Source: Amphiscolops sp. MND2022 (lineage: Eukaryota). From it: a stretch of 64,000 bases of DNA. The stretch lies in contig OZ076409.1 in assembly GCA_964187785.1 (NCBI GenBank), positions 44,208,001 through 44,272,000 of the forward strand. The letters run 5' to 3'. Shown here in pieces: positions 51,205 to 62,757 of this stretch. A program made the translations under genes and the position numbers. Numbering within the stretch: the first letter of the stretch is position 1; the number at the start of each line of letters is the position of its first letter. Under the pieces are notes generated by a model that did no database searches, was not told where the DNA came from, and saw nothing but the letters and a program-made list of their open reading frames with translations.

Positions 51205-53555
51205 AACCTCATCATGGTGGCCCTACGGAGTTTGTTGCGCTTCCCTCGGGGAGTGGCGAAGTGGTTGTCGTCATGGATCCTGAGCCTGAGCACTCTGCTG
51301 AGGAGATCCGAGATGACTGCTCACAACCCTCGTATCGCGAGGAAGAACCGCTCTCTGAAGCATCAGATGTATCGCTACCATCAAGGAGACGCCACTGGAT
51401 GGACACCAGGTTGCGTACTAGAATGCGAGCTGGAGGCAGTCGTCTCCACTATCAGCAATTTGACTGTTCCAGTTCCGACCCAGAGCGTTCGCGCTCTGAC
51501 GACTTGCTGTCAGATGCCCGAGATCATTCCCAGGCAGAACCTCCGGCGCTATTCGAAGCTTCAATGCCTCCCGATGAACAACCTCGGTCATTTGAACCTG
51601 CCAATGACTACGAGCTTCCATTTTTATCCGAATCCGAAGTTATTCCGGAAATACCTCAATCGCAAGATAATCCCGTTGCAACTGGAGAAGCCGAAGTATC
51701 ACTAGCGGGTACATCTGCTCCTCTGTTGACGAATCCTACATTGACGGATGTGCCAATTAGTATTCCCCAATTGCCGAATGGTACCTCCAACCTCCAAAAC
51801 ACTGAAACCCGTGACACCGAGTTATCCAACACCAACGAGCCAACTGCTCGGAACAATGTCCCTAGCAAGCGTGGCAGGGGCAGATCGCGAGCTGCTTTAT
51901 CTCGTTGTTCGACACGAGCACCAAATTCCCGGTCGCAGAACGTGAGCGTGCGCGCTCAAAGGACTCCCAGTCGCAGAGGACGTCCACGAGGACGACCTCC
52001 TCGGAGGCCACGAGGACACACTATTTCTTCACGGCAAACAGCTCGTGAAATTGACACACAGCCATCAATTACATCGGATTCTGACTCTGATGCGCCCACC
52101 GCGCAGCTTACAACCGATGTTGACCAAGGCGCAACGCAGGTTAACCCACACTATGGCTTACGCCGGAATCGAGTACCTCGATATCGATGTGGAACCTGTG
52201 GGTTCCGCGATTGCACTTGTGTCATGGCTCTGAACAAATCGCCCACTATCCCACTTGGACCTGTGAAAGCTCCGGTGGATCCAAAGCCTCAACCTTTTAT
52301 CCACAATGGTAAGCTTCTTGTCAGTCGCGTTGTCATCCGCGCAGAGAAGACATACACCGGACTAGAAAGAGAACGTATCTTCCCTGTAGACGTCGTGCTG
52401 GAAGAATTATCTAAATCCAAGATTGCTGAGGAACCTTGTCCCCGCTTCAAGGAGTGGACAAGCGATCTCCGTGGATTGGAATTCACACTTGCCGTCACAG
52501 TGCCTCCTGTCACTCCTAACATTGTATTTGGACCTTTCAATTATGGGAGGGAACCCATCCAAATGGTCCGCTGTATCACCGCTGACCTCCTATCTGACAA
52601 ATACGGCATCACCTGTCAGCCTGGTGAAGTGTATCGCCCAACCCAATATTGGTGGTTGCTTGTAACTGCCCCACATGCTCACTCTTTGGTCCAGCCTGAC
52701 AGCTTGCGGAGCTGTCTAGAGAGTTTACGGACTGTTGTCACTGAGGAACTCATTTTGTGCTTCCACATCGTCGATCTTTATCGTGGAAAACTACGGTTCC
52801 GATGGTGGCCAGAGCTGATTATCACTTTGTTCGCCAGCTTCCCTCGTATCCGCCTTTTGGATGATTGGACCCATTCCTTCACCGAGCCTGTAACGATCCA
52901 CACTGCACTTGGTATCCTGGATTCATGGTCAACAGCAAATGTGGATAATCAGTCCCTGTCGAGGTCCGTATGGCAGGATCTATCTGCTATTCGTGGACAG
53001 AACCATATAGACCCAGCTGATGAAAAAGGTCCCGGACGTCAGATTGTGTTTCCTGGTGCCCTACGACCAAATTTGGTCGACTACATTGTTTACGACCAAA
53101 CTGATATCTTGCAGGTGCAGGGCCACGTAGCAATTTGCTGCCCTGCAGACCTTGATACCAATTCTGCTGCCTTGCGCTACATTCTTCGCGAGTGTGGCAG
53201 CGACAAAATATTCCAACTTCGCCCAACAGTTGGTGAAGTCCTAACTATCCCATCCTCATTGTCTTTTATGGATAATCAAGTTATTCACCTAATGATAACA
53301 CGCCCCTCCCAGCGTTCACCACAAATCACCGATGACTTTGTCTTATGCTTGGAGCACTTGAAAGCTTCACTATTGTCCAACGAAACCCCTGATATTCATT
53401 TCCCCATAGTGGACCCTGAACGCCCACTTCGCAGTTTGGACAATTTTTATCATAGTGTCATGGACGTTTTTGCAGGAACTGATATCACTGTATTTCTGCA
53501 TGATCGCGTCTATGTCTCCATTGCCAGTATTGAACAATTTCCTGGCATCACTTAG
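51060..53555 (+). CDS. Frameshifted integrase C-terminal extension: low-complexity linker, CxxC-x4-CxC motif, two TARG1/OARD1-like macrodomains
   Basis: KVHFERLK continues integrase in the -1 frame at the A6 run 51180-85; macro-like blocks at ~52518-52860 and ~53082-53504. Confidence 0.75.
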   Translation: MGILPLCASKGITEVDESLAWSAQGCPCTTRWPRVYPGLRKKVHFERLKPHHGGPTEFVALPSGSGEVVVVMDPEPEHSAEEIRDDCSQPSYREEEPLSEASDVSLPSRRRHWMDTRLRTRMRAGGSRLHYQQFDCSSSDPERSRSDDLLSDARDHSQAEPPALFEASMPPDEQPRSFEPANDYELPFLSESEVIPEIPQSQDNPVATGEAEVSLAGTSAPLLTNPTLTDVPISIPQLPNGTSNLQNTETRDTELSNTNEPTARNNVPSKRGRGRSRAALSRCSTRAPNSRSQNVSVRAQRTPSRRGRPRGRPPRRPRGHTISSRQTAREIDTQPSITSDSDSDAPTAQLTTDVDQGATQVNPHYGLRRNRVPRYRCGTCGFRDCTCVMALNKSPTIPLGPVKAPVDPKPQPFIHNGKLLVSRVVIRAEKTYTGLERERIFPVDVVLEELSKSKIAEEPCPRFKEWTSDLRGLEFTLAVTVPPVTPNIVFGPFNYGREPIQMVRCITADLLSDKYGITCQPGEVYRPTQYWWLLVTAPHAHSLVQPDSLRSCLESLRTVVTEELILCFHIVDLYRGKLRFRWWPELIITLFASFPRIRLLDDWTHSFTEPVTIHTALGILDSWSTANVDNQSLSRSVWQDLSAIRGQNHIDPADEKGPGRQIVFPGALRPNLVDYIVYDQTDILQVQGHVAICCPADLDTNSAALRYILRECGSDKIFQLRPTVGEVLTIPSSLSFMDNQVIHLMITRPSQRSPQITDDFVLCLEHLKASLLSNETPDIHFPIVDPERPLRSLDNFYHSVMDVFAGTDITVFLHDRVYVSIASIEQFPGIT

Positions 53556-54670
53556 CTTCAACGTAAAATTCTTTTGGTTAATTTTCTATTTGCTATCCTG
53601 ATATCTCATGCTTGATACGCGTTGCTTGTTACTTTCTGGTAGCATGCGTTGAAATCCATTGCCAGAACCACACTCCACTTCTTTTCAAGGGGGAAGGGAT
53701 GTCTTCAACGCCCAATCCATCCTCTCGCATTTTCTTCGCATTTTTGTTAGCCATTGCTATCTTTATATTATTGAAGGTGCTCAACGGTTAAAGCCCGGGG
53801 AGTCCCAGTGCAATAAATAACCCAAAAACTCTACATGTATTGCTACGCCCGAAAGGTGCTATTTTTGTTTTTGTTTTTCCAAGATTTCCAGAAATTTCCT
53901 CCAGATTCCAATGTGATATCCAGAGAAAAAAGGAGCGCGCGCGCTCCTGATCTGCAAATGGCAAGATTTGATCTACCTTTGTCTGCTTTACTCCAGTGCT
54001 TACTCTTACGAGCAGTTCGTAGTTTGCTTCTGATGCGCTCCTTGACAGATGCTACTGAACTCTATACAGGTATGGAGCTGCATATCAGTGCGTGTTGCCC
54101 AAACCAAGCCGAACTGTAAAAAAAAAGTATCAAAGAAACAGCTTGTCTTCCTTTTAAACAGTGGTTTTACTGCTGAAAAGAACTTTTAGCGAAAAGAACT
54201 TTTAACTGTGCTGTAAACTGAAATTTTATTGCCGTGGAAAAGATGTTTTTGCTGAAGACCACGTGCGCTTTGGAACGTTAGCGCTCCGTAAAAGAAATTT
54301 TAGACGTCCAAAAATCAAAGTGCTAGCAGTATCCTATTCAGACTTTTGCAGAAAACTCGTGTTAAAAAAGTGGTGCTTTTCATTGATGTATGGAATCTTG
54401 GATTTGATTATTTTCAAGGTGCATTTTTGAGTACTGGTTTTCTAGCTCTCGAGCTAGCTCTGTTTCAACAGTTTCTGGACGATGCAGGTTCTCTGGATGG
54501 CAGGAAGCAAGACCTCATAGTTGCCCAATCAGCAAAAGATGACAGTGCCACTGGACCGTTGCAACATCACCAGTTTGAGACCCCCGTGGATTGCACTCGT
54601 GATGTGGCGATGTATTCAATGCCAGCCTCTCCACATGACAGGGACGTCATGCATAAAGCCCGGGGAGTGA

Positions 54671-55443
54671 TGTAACGGCAAGCTCTGGTACAGCAATATC
54701 AACCGATTTTGCAACTTTGACATGTTCAGAAATTTTGTCAAAAATTCTAATCCGATGTGTGACGTGGCACTGAGCATCTGATTGCTATTTTCGCTGTTTC
54801 CACGAAATTGGCAGGTACTTCGACAACAAAGAGCAAGAACGAGCAAAAACACGGGCGCGCCGCCATGACAGAAGCCAGAGACGGCAAGAACATCCGAAAA
54901 TAGACTCTTTTTGAGGTGCTAACACCGGTTTTATCGATTTTCAGCATTATGCTACCCTATGTAGCGGAAACCGTAAAAATGAGTCTTTTCGCCTAAAGAT
55001 CCTTGTTTGGTGCTTGGAGCCCCTGCGCCCCAGCTTTTTAGCTGTGTGGTTTGCCATATTCGTGCCTGTTTTCATGTATTTTCAGTGATTTTGGCTGTAT
55101 TCAGTAGCGTTAGCGCTAGTTTAGATCTTATTCCCCAATTTTAGATCTTATTCACATGTCACCCTGGAACTGGAAATTTACCTTATTCTTGGCATTGTTT
55201 TTATATACTAGTTAAGCGGTGGTCTTTAGAGAGTCAGAAAGATGCCCGTTACTATTAGCAATCAAAGACTAGGACCGGTTGGACAGTATTCGTCGAAGCA
55301 CCCGCGACCCCGGGACGTATTTCACCCCTGGAGGCAAAATGGATCTGTGGCGATGGGCGCCTGTCCCGAGCGATTCACCCATTCCTGCAGGTTCCTCCAC
55401 CTCTGTTAACGCGTTAAGCGACCGATAACTGCTTGCCGTTACA
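54671..55443 (+). repeat. 3' LTR
   Basis: Direct copy of 39112-39884; preceded by GGGGAGTGA. Confidence 0.97.
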
Positions 55444-58400
55444 TCAACTAAACACATTTATAAAATGCGCATAAAAGTTTGTGAAAACGTTTGAAAGTTC
55501 ACAATCTTTGAAACATGAGGATTAGCTTCTGTGTACCCCTGGGCTTAGGTACCTCATGATTAGGTGCAGGAAGTTGATCTGCTCACCTGTGCTGCACCCC
55601 GGACATCTCGCAAGGGTAGCTTGCCGACAACCCATGTTAAAAGTGTTCAAGCCTAAAGGATATAAACGTCCTGAAAAGCCTTCTGTCCTTTTTGCAAGAT
55701 GCATCAGTTGAGGACAAAATAACTTTCCGCGGCCAAAACTTTCAAATGGTGAACCTCAACTGTCAGCACATTAGATAGGGTGCTTTTTTACTTTGTCAAT
55801 GTGAAAATTTGAAGAGAAAAGTAAATAGAGAATAATGTTTTGCTGAGGTGGACTAAGAAGCCCATGGATTGTGCGAATAGTTTTCAAGGTTTATCAGAAA
55901 TTTTTCAAACTTGAAAAACCTTTTTTTGAAATTTATTGTGAAATAACTATATTTTTTCGCGGGAAAACCTTCTTGTTCATCTTTCGAAGGGTTTATGAGT
56001 CTGTAGAATGCATCGGACTCCCTTGTCAATCGATCATTCGAAAAATTTGACAATATTGCTGAAGGCTTTCTTTACAGTTAAGCTTTCTAAATTTGCAGTT
56101 TGAAAGATTCTGGAGGATTCACTGAATATTTTGTGTTTTAAGTACACTCAGTGTAAAAACCTCCAAGACAAGTTTCATGAAGGTACACATTCATGACGTG
56201 ACAAGTTTCCTGTCAGGGTTGAGCATATTTGACAACTGTAAAGGTATGGTTCTTCATTGACCTCGGTGTTCAGTTTGCGTCGATTTAATCTGTTACGAAA
56301 TTGTCTGCAGCTTCTGCTGCTGTTCATCATAATTTCCGCTAAGGGGAGCCACTCCCGAAAAAAAGTTTTCCCGATTTCCGCTGCATGTCTTTCTTCGTAG
56401 CTAACTTACCACACGATTTTTTCAATGGCACATTTTCATCTTCGAGGGTTTTTGTCAGAAAAAACACTTGTAATTCTAATGATAACTCGTTAGGTCGAAC
56501 TACTTTTCGGAGCCTTTTCGAGTTGAGAGGCTTATAAAATTGATTTTAGCATATTTGAGTTAGCATCGTCCATTGAAGTAATATAAGCTTAAACTAAACT
56601 TTCTTTCTCAACCGTATCGCTGTGAGTCAGGTCTTGGCACCAAAATTCTTTTCTTGCGTAGAAAGGTTTTATAGTTTCAATTGTAATAACAATAGTAACA
56701 GTATTTAAAAATTTTATAGTAACGATCTCTGATGCTGCCTTATTAGTTGCAAGACTGCAATATGTTTACTATTGTTTTTAAATGCAGAATTTGAAATGTT
56801 TTTTTCTTTTTTTTTGTTTGATGAAAGTCTCCATTCATCCAGCTGCATCGGATAGTTGATAAGGTATTAAAAAAAACAAAGTTTTCACTGGTATGTCGGC
56901 GGCATTGAGTGTTGATTGACAAATTGCAGTGATGTGTCCAATTACCGTCTTTTAAAGAGGCACCAAAAATTGCCTGTAACCTTTTTTACGAAAAAAATAT
57001 GCTGAAAATTATGGTTTTGACAAACAGGACATATGCCACAGTTGTTTCAACATTATTGTCCGTTTTCACAACAATTTTTGAAAAATCCGAGATTAGTTGA
57101 ATTGTTTTTCGTCTTAAAGCGTTGGCTTCATTGAAATGTAGGTACAAGAACTTATGACTTACGTATTCGGTACGTCTTTGATAATGAACGCTCTCTTAAG
57201 TTTTTTTTAAAAGTTCTGTTTCTTCAATGTTGCTTTTGCGAACAGACTTTGTGGTTTGGAACCAGAGGCCTATCCTTGGCTGAGCAACAACAAAATTTTT
57301 TGCTACGTCTTGTGGCGAGACAATATTTGGTTTGTGATACAGGATCGACATACGAAATAGGTAGGGGATATTTTGAGACCCACGGTTAATAACAAGGCTT
57401 GAGACTTCAACGGCCTTGAATATTATCAAACAGTCGCAAAATGCTTCTACTTTGAATTGCAAAACAGTCCGTTGAACGAGGATTGAACTTTATCATAACA
57501 TAAAATAAACATTGAAAACTATTTTTTAAATAATAATTTGCAGTTCAGTTAAGCTAGTCTATACACCAACGAGTAGAATAATGGTTGGTAATACAGGATA
57601 CAGTTAGATGATTTGATTGTTGATAATTTGGAATGTTATTCATCAAAGAATTCATAAATGAAATTCTGAGTACATACACACAGCAAAGTACTAAGACCAA
57701 TATTTCGAAAGGTCTCCGATAAGCCAATCAAATTGCACTCCTTCATTCATCCAGACTGGAGAAACTGAAATTATTTCACTGCACAAAAACAATGTAGCTA
57801 TATTAGAAGTTTGATATAGCGAAATTTTCTTCCCATTAATTTAAAGTTATGAAATCAAACTAAAAGAACGAAGTTGTGAATGTAATTCTGAAACATTTAG
57901 CATTGATGGTCTCTCCTTTTTCATGCCAAAAAACTACTGCATTGAGTTCCTTAGTTTCTGGCGTTTTTATTCGCATTTATGATGGATAACGTCGTTTCTT
58001 TAGGATGTCTTGGACCATTTTTTGCAGCATTTTAATTGTGAAAGTTATTGGTGAAAAAATTCCGAGACGAGAGTTTCATAACACCAATCAAATTGAGTTG
58101 TTATCTCTTGACTTTGGTTCAGTATTATATCAAGACAAATACTTGATGCATGCTTTGAATCAATTGGTTCAAATTCGGGGAATGTCAATTTTTCGACCTG
58201 AAGTCATGGAAATGGGTACACTAGGATCGGTAACTTAATTAAAGTTAATTCAATTATTTAATTTTACTAATTTAAGATCTTTTAATATGCAGCTATTGCC
58301 AGCTTCATAGTAACTGTTGTTTCGGTCGATTTCATGCTATTTTGCAATTCACTTGTCCAGAGTTTCTTGCAAGAGGCAAAACACGAGTTGCTTTCATAGG

Positions 58401-60328
58401 CAATCACATAAACGGAATAAAATTGCCAAAAATTGTACCTGAGAATGAATGACAGATCCTTAATTTTTACAAATCTGCGTTTTTATGGTTTTTGAGTCAT
58501 GGCTCAGAATGAAATTAGAAGGGATGAGTGCTCAGAACCGCTGAATCACCAACAATCATCCTTCTTGGTTTGCAAAAGACGTGAATGAAAACAAGGTTAC
58601 TCTACAATTTTTACGAAATAAGCCGGGAACGGTACTAAAAGATGGCCCGCCTGAGTCATTAAAGAACTGTTTTTTTACCGAAACTCAATCTCATCAAGTA
58701 AACAACAATCAAAAAGGGAAATTCCTTGCGCTTGAAAAAAACTTGATTTCGTTTTTCACGAGTTCTAAATTGCCTAAATTGCTGTTTGAGGAAAACATGT
58801 AGCCTCACAGTGATAAGTGCTGTTCTCTCAATGGAAATTTCATGGGTGGAACAGCAAGTCATAAAGTGCCATAAATGAACCCAAAAACGCAGGAAATTCG
58901 AATATACATATTTTAGGACGTGGGAACCCTTGAAATCACATTGACAAACTGTAAAAACTTTATTGTCATTTCGTCCGGATGCAAAAAAAGAAAAATCACT
59001 TTTTTCACTGTTGTTACCTCTTTTCAAGGTCACCTGTGATTACCATCATGACTTGTAATATTTGGGATGAAAATATTCAGTATGAATGGTATTCTCAAAC
59101 ATAACATGATTGGACAAAAAGTAAAACTCTGAAAATGGAAACACGCGACAAAAAGACGGACAAAATATTCAGGAGGAGGAGAAGAAACCAACTTAGAGAG
59201 AGATAAAATGAGAATGGTAAAGATCTCAAATATATCTCTTGAAGTATAAATCAACGTTCATCCAATATATTCTCATTGTGTAAAAGTGAATATCAAGAGG
59301 TGAATTGAAGCTAACGCTTTCGCCTAGAAACCACTGTGCGCTACTATAAAAAAGTCCTCATTGATAGTTTCATCAACTTCACCAACGCAACAAAAATAAT
59401 CGATTTTGTTGAAATTCAACGATCTCAAAGACTTATTCCATTAATAATGCAACGGAAAAGATCCACGATCGATCAACAACTATAGGAATTGTCGTTTAAC
59501 CACACCGCACAAGCGGAAAACTGAATCAAGAATTTGAATCGTAAAAACGGTTTGTGGCGTAGTTCATGTTGTAGTTTTGTTTTTGGTTTTACCAGAAGAC
59601 AACGTTTTATGCAAACAAGTATATTGATGAAAGACAAAACCTTTTGTTTCCTGGGAGTAAATTTCGACGCGACGCACCACACCAGATTATTCATCAGCTC
59701 GTTCACTACGGCATGGCAACAATTGGAAACCGTTTTAATAGACTTCAAGCCAATTTTGGACAAAAATAGAGAGTGCATACACACATTTGAAGAAGTACTT
59801 GAGTCTGTAGGAAAGTACTTTGATCCCAGTTATATTTTTTTGAAACGTAACCCTTGAAATTCAACGTTCAAAAAAGAATTTATTGTTTAAATTCAATCTG
59901 CAACATTTGTTGAAGTTGTTTTTTGAGCAATACGAGTGGTTTTCGCATAAAAATGTATTCTATTTTGCAACCATATATCCACAACGTTATTTCTGCTTTA
60001 GTAGTTTTTCACTGAAGCAATATCTATGTTTCCTCGTTTTTTAAACAACCAGACAACCGTAGAAACCCAACCAATGCGGTCTTACAGCCCAAAGAGTCAT
60101 GTATATTGGATACAAAGGCCTCCAGAGCAACATTAACAACAACCTCGAGACACCGGTCGTAACATATTTTATCTCCTAACGTATCTTCGGGGCTCAACAT
60201 CTCGCCACCGTGTGCGAACTTCGCATATCTGACTAAAATTTTGAGATCGGAAACAAATCAAACAAATTCGTATATCAACAGTACATTTCGAAATATACAA
60301 ACAACCAAGCGCAAGCAAGAAATTTTTC

Positions 60329-61470
60329 ATGCGAACACTCGTTACAACCGTCGAGTGGAAAACGGAAGAAAAACAATTTTCATCTGCAAAAAGAATTACT
60401 ATAACGATACACAACAGCAGATGGAGAGGACACATTGGTATAACTCGCACTACCGCAAAATTTCGGAAACGTTTCTATTTTCCTAATTTCACCGAAAATT
60501 TCACTGATTATATCACGAACTGTCTCACATGTTTACAAACGAAAGAAGCCAAGCAAGTGTCTCTCAAACCTCCTTTACAACCCGTAGCTTCGGAGAGAAA
60601 TTTCCCAGCAGACACGATGCAAATCGACTTGGTGGGAAAACTACAAGCATCTCCTCATACCTTTGAGTTGACTGCAATAGATGTGTTTTCTCGATACTTG
60701 TTTGCCGTAGCTTTGACAAAAGGAGAATCAGACATTGTTGCCAAAGCCTTGATCAGTATCTTCCTGAGACACGCTTACATTCCACAGATGATTATTTGCG
60801 ATTTGGGAACAACTTTTACTTCCACTCTGATGACTGCTTTGACAGCACAGCTTGACGTCCAGTTAGAATATTGCACTTTGAAGCATGTTCAGTCCATCGG
60901 CTCAGTGGAAAGGAGTCATGGACCATTGAAACACATTCTCAAATTGAATTCAAACGAGAGCTTCACAAATTGGCATAAAGGTTTGGATTTCGCTGTTTTT
61001 TTTTCACAATACAACCTATAATCCATCTATTGGGTACACGCCCTCTAATCTTTTCCATGGACGCCCGCTGAATACTCCATTGGATTTACGATTCCAAAAC
61101 GCAAAAATGAGAACCGCACAAGGAAACTTCGAAGTTTTGCGGGAATTGCAAGATGCAGCCGCTGCATCATTCGAACAGGCTATAGAATCGATGATTGCGG
61201 TTATCATAACTATAGACAATATTACGACAGGAAAGCGAACGCTACACCCTTAGCTCTTCATTCTCACTGCCTAATTCTCGAACCGAAAAGTGTCACACAT
61301 AATGATCCTTTGAGCAAGGGGAAACCGAAATGGCTACCGCTTTATCGTGTTGAAAACGTTCTCACCAACTCGAACTACATTGTCCGCAAAGTTGTCACCA
61401 ACGAAACTCAATGCTTGCACCGAATGCGTCTTAGACCTTGCCAACCTCAATTTGATGTCGAAGACTAGCC
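60329..61470 (+). pseudogene. Decayed integrase of a second gypsy family
   Basis: HNSRWRGH...CLTC, IDLVG, CDLGT, VERSH; frameshifted continuation GYTPSNLFHGR...SNYIVRKV...HRMRLRP. Confidence 0.9.
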
Positions 61471-61857
61471 GTGTATTAATGAGCAAAATTTCGCTCCGGA
61501 TGGCCCTTTGACGAATGAAAATACAGAAACTGAGTTTTTTGACAATGCAATAGTTCAACATATCTTCCAGCAACGGAAGACAGCTTCTGATCCAGGAATT
61601 AACAAAAACAGTCAATTTTCCTCGGAACGTAGTGTCATCACCTTCCAACCTGATTCTTTACCAACAAATCCTATCGAAACAACATCAGAACCAACCCTTC
61701 ACGACTCCATTGACCGTGAATCTTTTGTGGTGGAAGGACATGTCCCAACTCTGATGGAAGACGGCCCGAAGTCATCGACACTACCGATTATCGTATTGAC
61801 AACCCGGACGAAACTTCTTCCGATGATGCGAGATATGGCGCCACTCTGAGGTACGCG

Positions 61858-62757
61858 TTGCGACGCGACGATCGTTTCGCCCTAGCAAGACAGTTCTCAA
61901 TGTATATCTCTATCAGTCACCTGCAGCAACATTTGGAGTCAACATGCAACCCAACGTTTGAGACTGTCTTTTGCATATCGCAATGTTTAGCATTGGAGCA
62001 ACTTCTTCGAATAACCAACACCACACAACCTATTGCATTACTTGAAACCATCAGAAGGGCAGACGTAGGCGACACAATCGTTCGCACCATAGAAGGCAAT
62101 TCCATTATTTCCATTTTAGTAAGGAAGCATGAGCTGTACGGTTTCTCGCTTCTTGCCTCCAGACAAGGGTTGAAGGATGTGAAGACATTTTTGCACCAAC
62201 AAACGAAGAAGCAAGTTGCAAAACAGATGGAACAGTTCCTGAAAACGATTGTCCCAGAAGCATTGAAGATCATTCAATCTGTTTTCGATAATGACACGGA
62301 AGTTCTGTTGGTTCATGGTGAAATACACGCTATCAACGAGCAAGAAGAGGAAGTATCAGTCATACTTCACTTTCCGAACGATGTCGTTGACATAAACCAA
62401 CCTATCGACCCGGATTCAGATTCCGAAATTGAATTCGAGACACTTTTTGACGCAAATGATACTGACAACTTTTCGGACGCCAGTACACTGCCAGCGAACG
62501 ACAGTGATGCAAACGAAGAACAAACGACATTTTTTCACTTCCGAAGCCTGAGGAATTCTATTTCCGACTACTCGAGTTCCAACGAACAACCTTCAATAAG
62601 TCGATCTCCATCTCCACCCCGGAGAATCGTATCTCCAACACAGCTTACCAGCCAAATCAGACAACAGACATTACCGCAAAACACTAGAACAAACAAAAGA
62701 CGGATAGTGCCTTTACTTTTACATCAGAAACTTTACGAATTTGAGTCAACACCCTAG
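61858..62757 (+). CDS. Post-integrase ORF of the second gypsy: degenerate TARG1-like macrodomain plus acidic tail
   Basis: VFCISQCL, VGDTIV, IISILVRK, QGLKDVK, IIQSVF..TEVLLV in macrodomain order. Confidence 0.5.
   Translation: MRRDDRFALARQFSMYISISHLQQHLESTCNPTFETVFCISQCLALEQLLRITNTTQPIALLETIRRADVGDTIVRTIEGNSIISILVRKHELYGFSLLASRQGLKDVKTFLHQQTKKQVAKQMEQFLKTIVPEALKIIQSVFDNDTEVLLVHGEIHAINEQEEEVSVILHFPNDVVDINQPIDPDSDSEIEFETLFDANDTDNFSDASTLPANDSDANEEQTTFFHFRSLRNSISDYSSSNEQPSISRSPSPPRRIVSPTQLTSQIRQQTLPQNTRTNKRRIVPLLLHQKLYEFESTP

Larger units (their letters stand above)
39112..55443 (+). mobile_element. Full-length 16.3 kb Ty3/gypsy LTR retrotransposon
   Basis: Two 773 bp LTRs; PBS; gag-PR-RT-RH-IN domain order; purine-rich tract before the 3' LTR. 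Confidence 0.97.
37514..55629 (-). mobile_element. Solo LTR (~1.78 kb; 37514-39111 plus 55444-55629) split by the large gypsy
   Basis: TGTGATAATC ... GCCGACA termini flanked by ACCCA (37509-13, 55630-34); same DYH-encoding LTR end as the 31-35 kb family. Confidence 0.75.

Noticed and set aside
51060..53555. 831 aa ORF as an env gene
   Set aside because: No signal peptide or clear transmembrane anchor seen; it begins with the frameshifted integrase tail.
57000..60050. Short ORFs in AT-rich DNA as host exons
   Set aside because: No recognisable protein motifs or consistent splice chain found.
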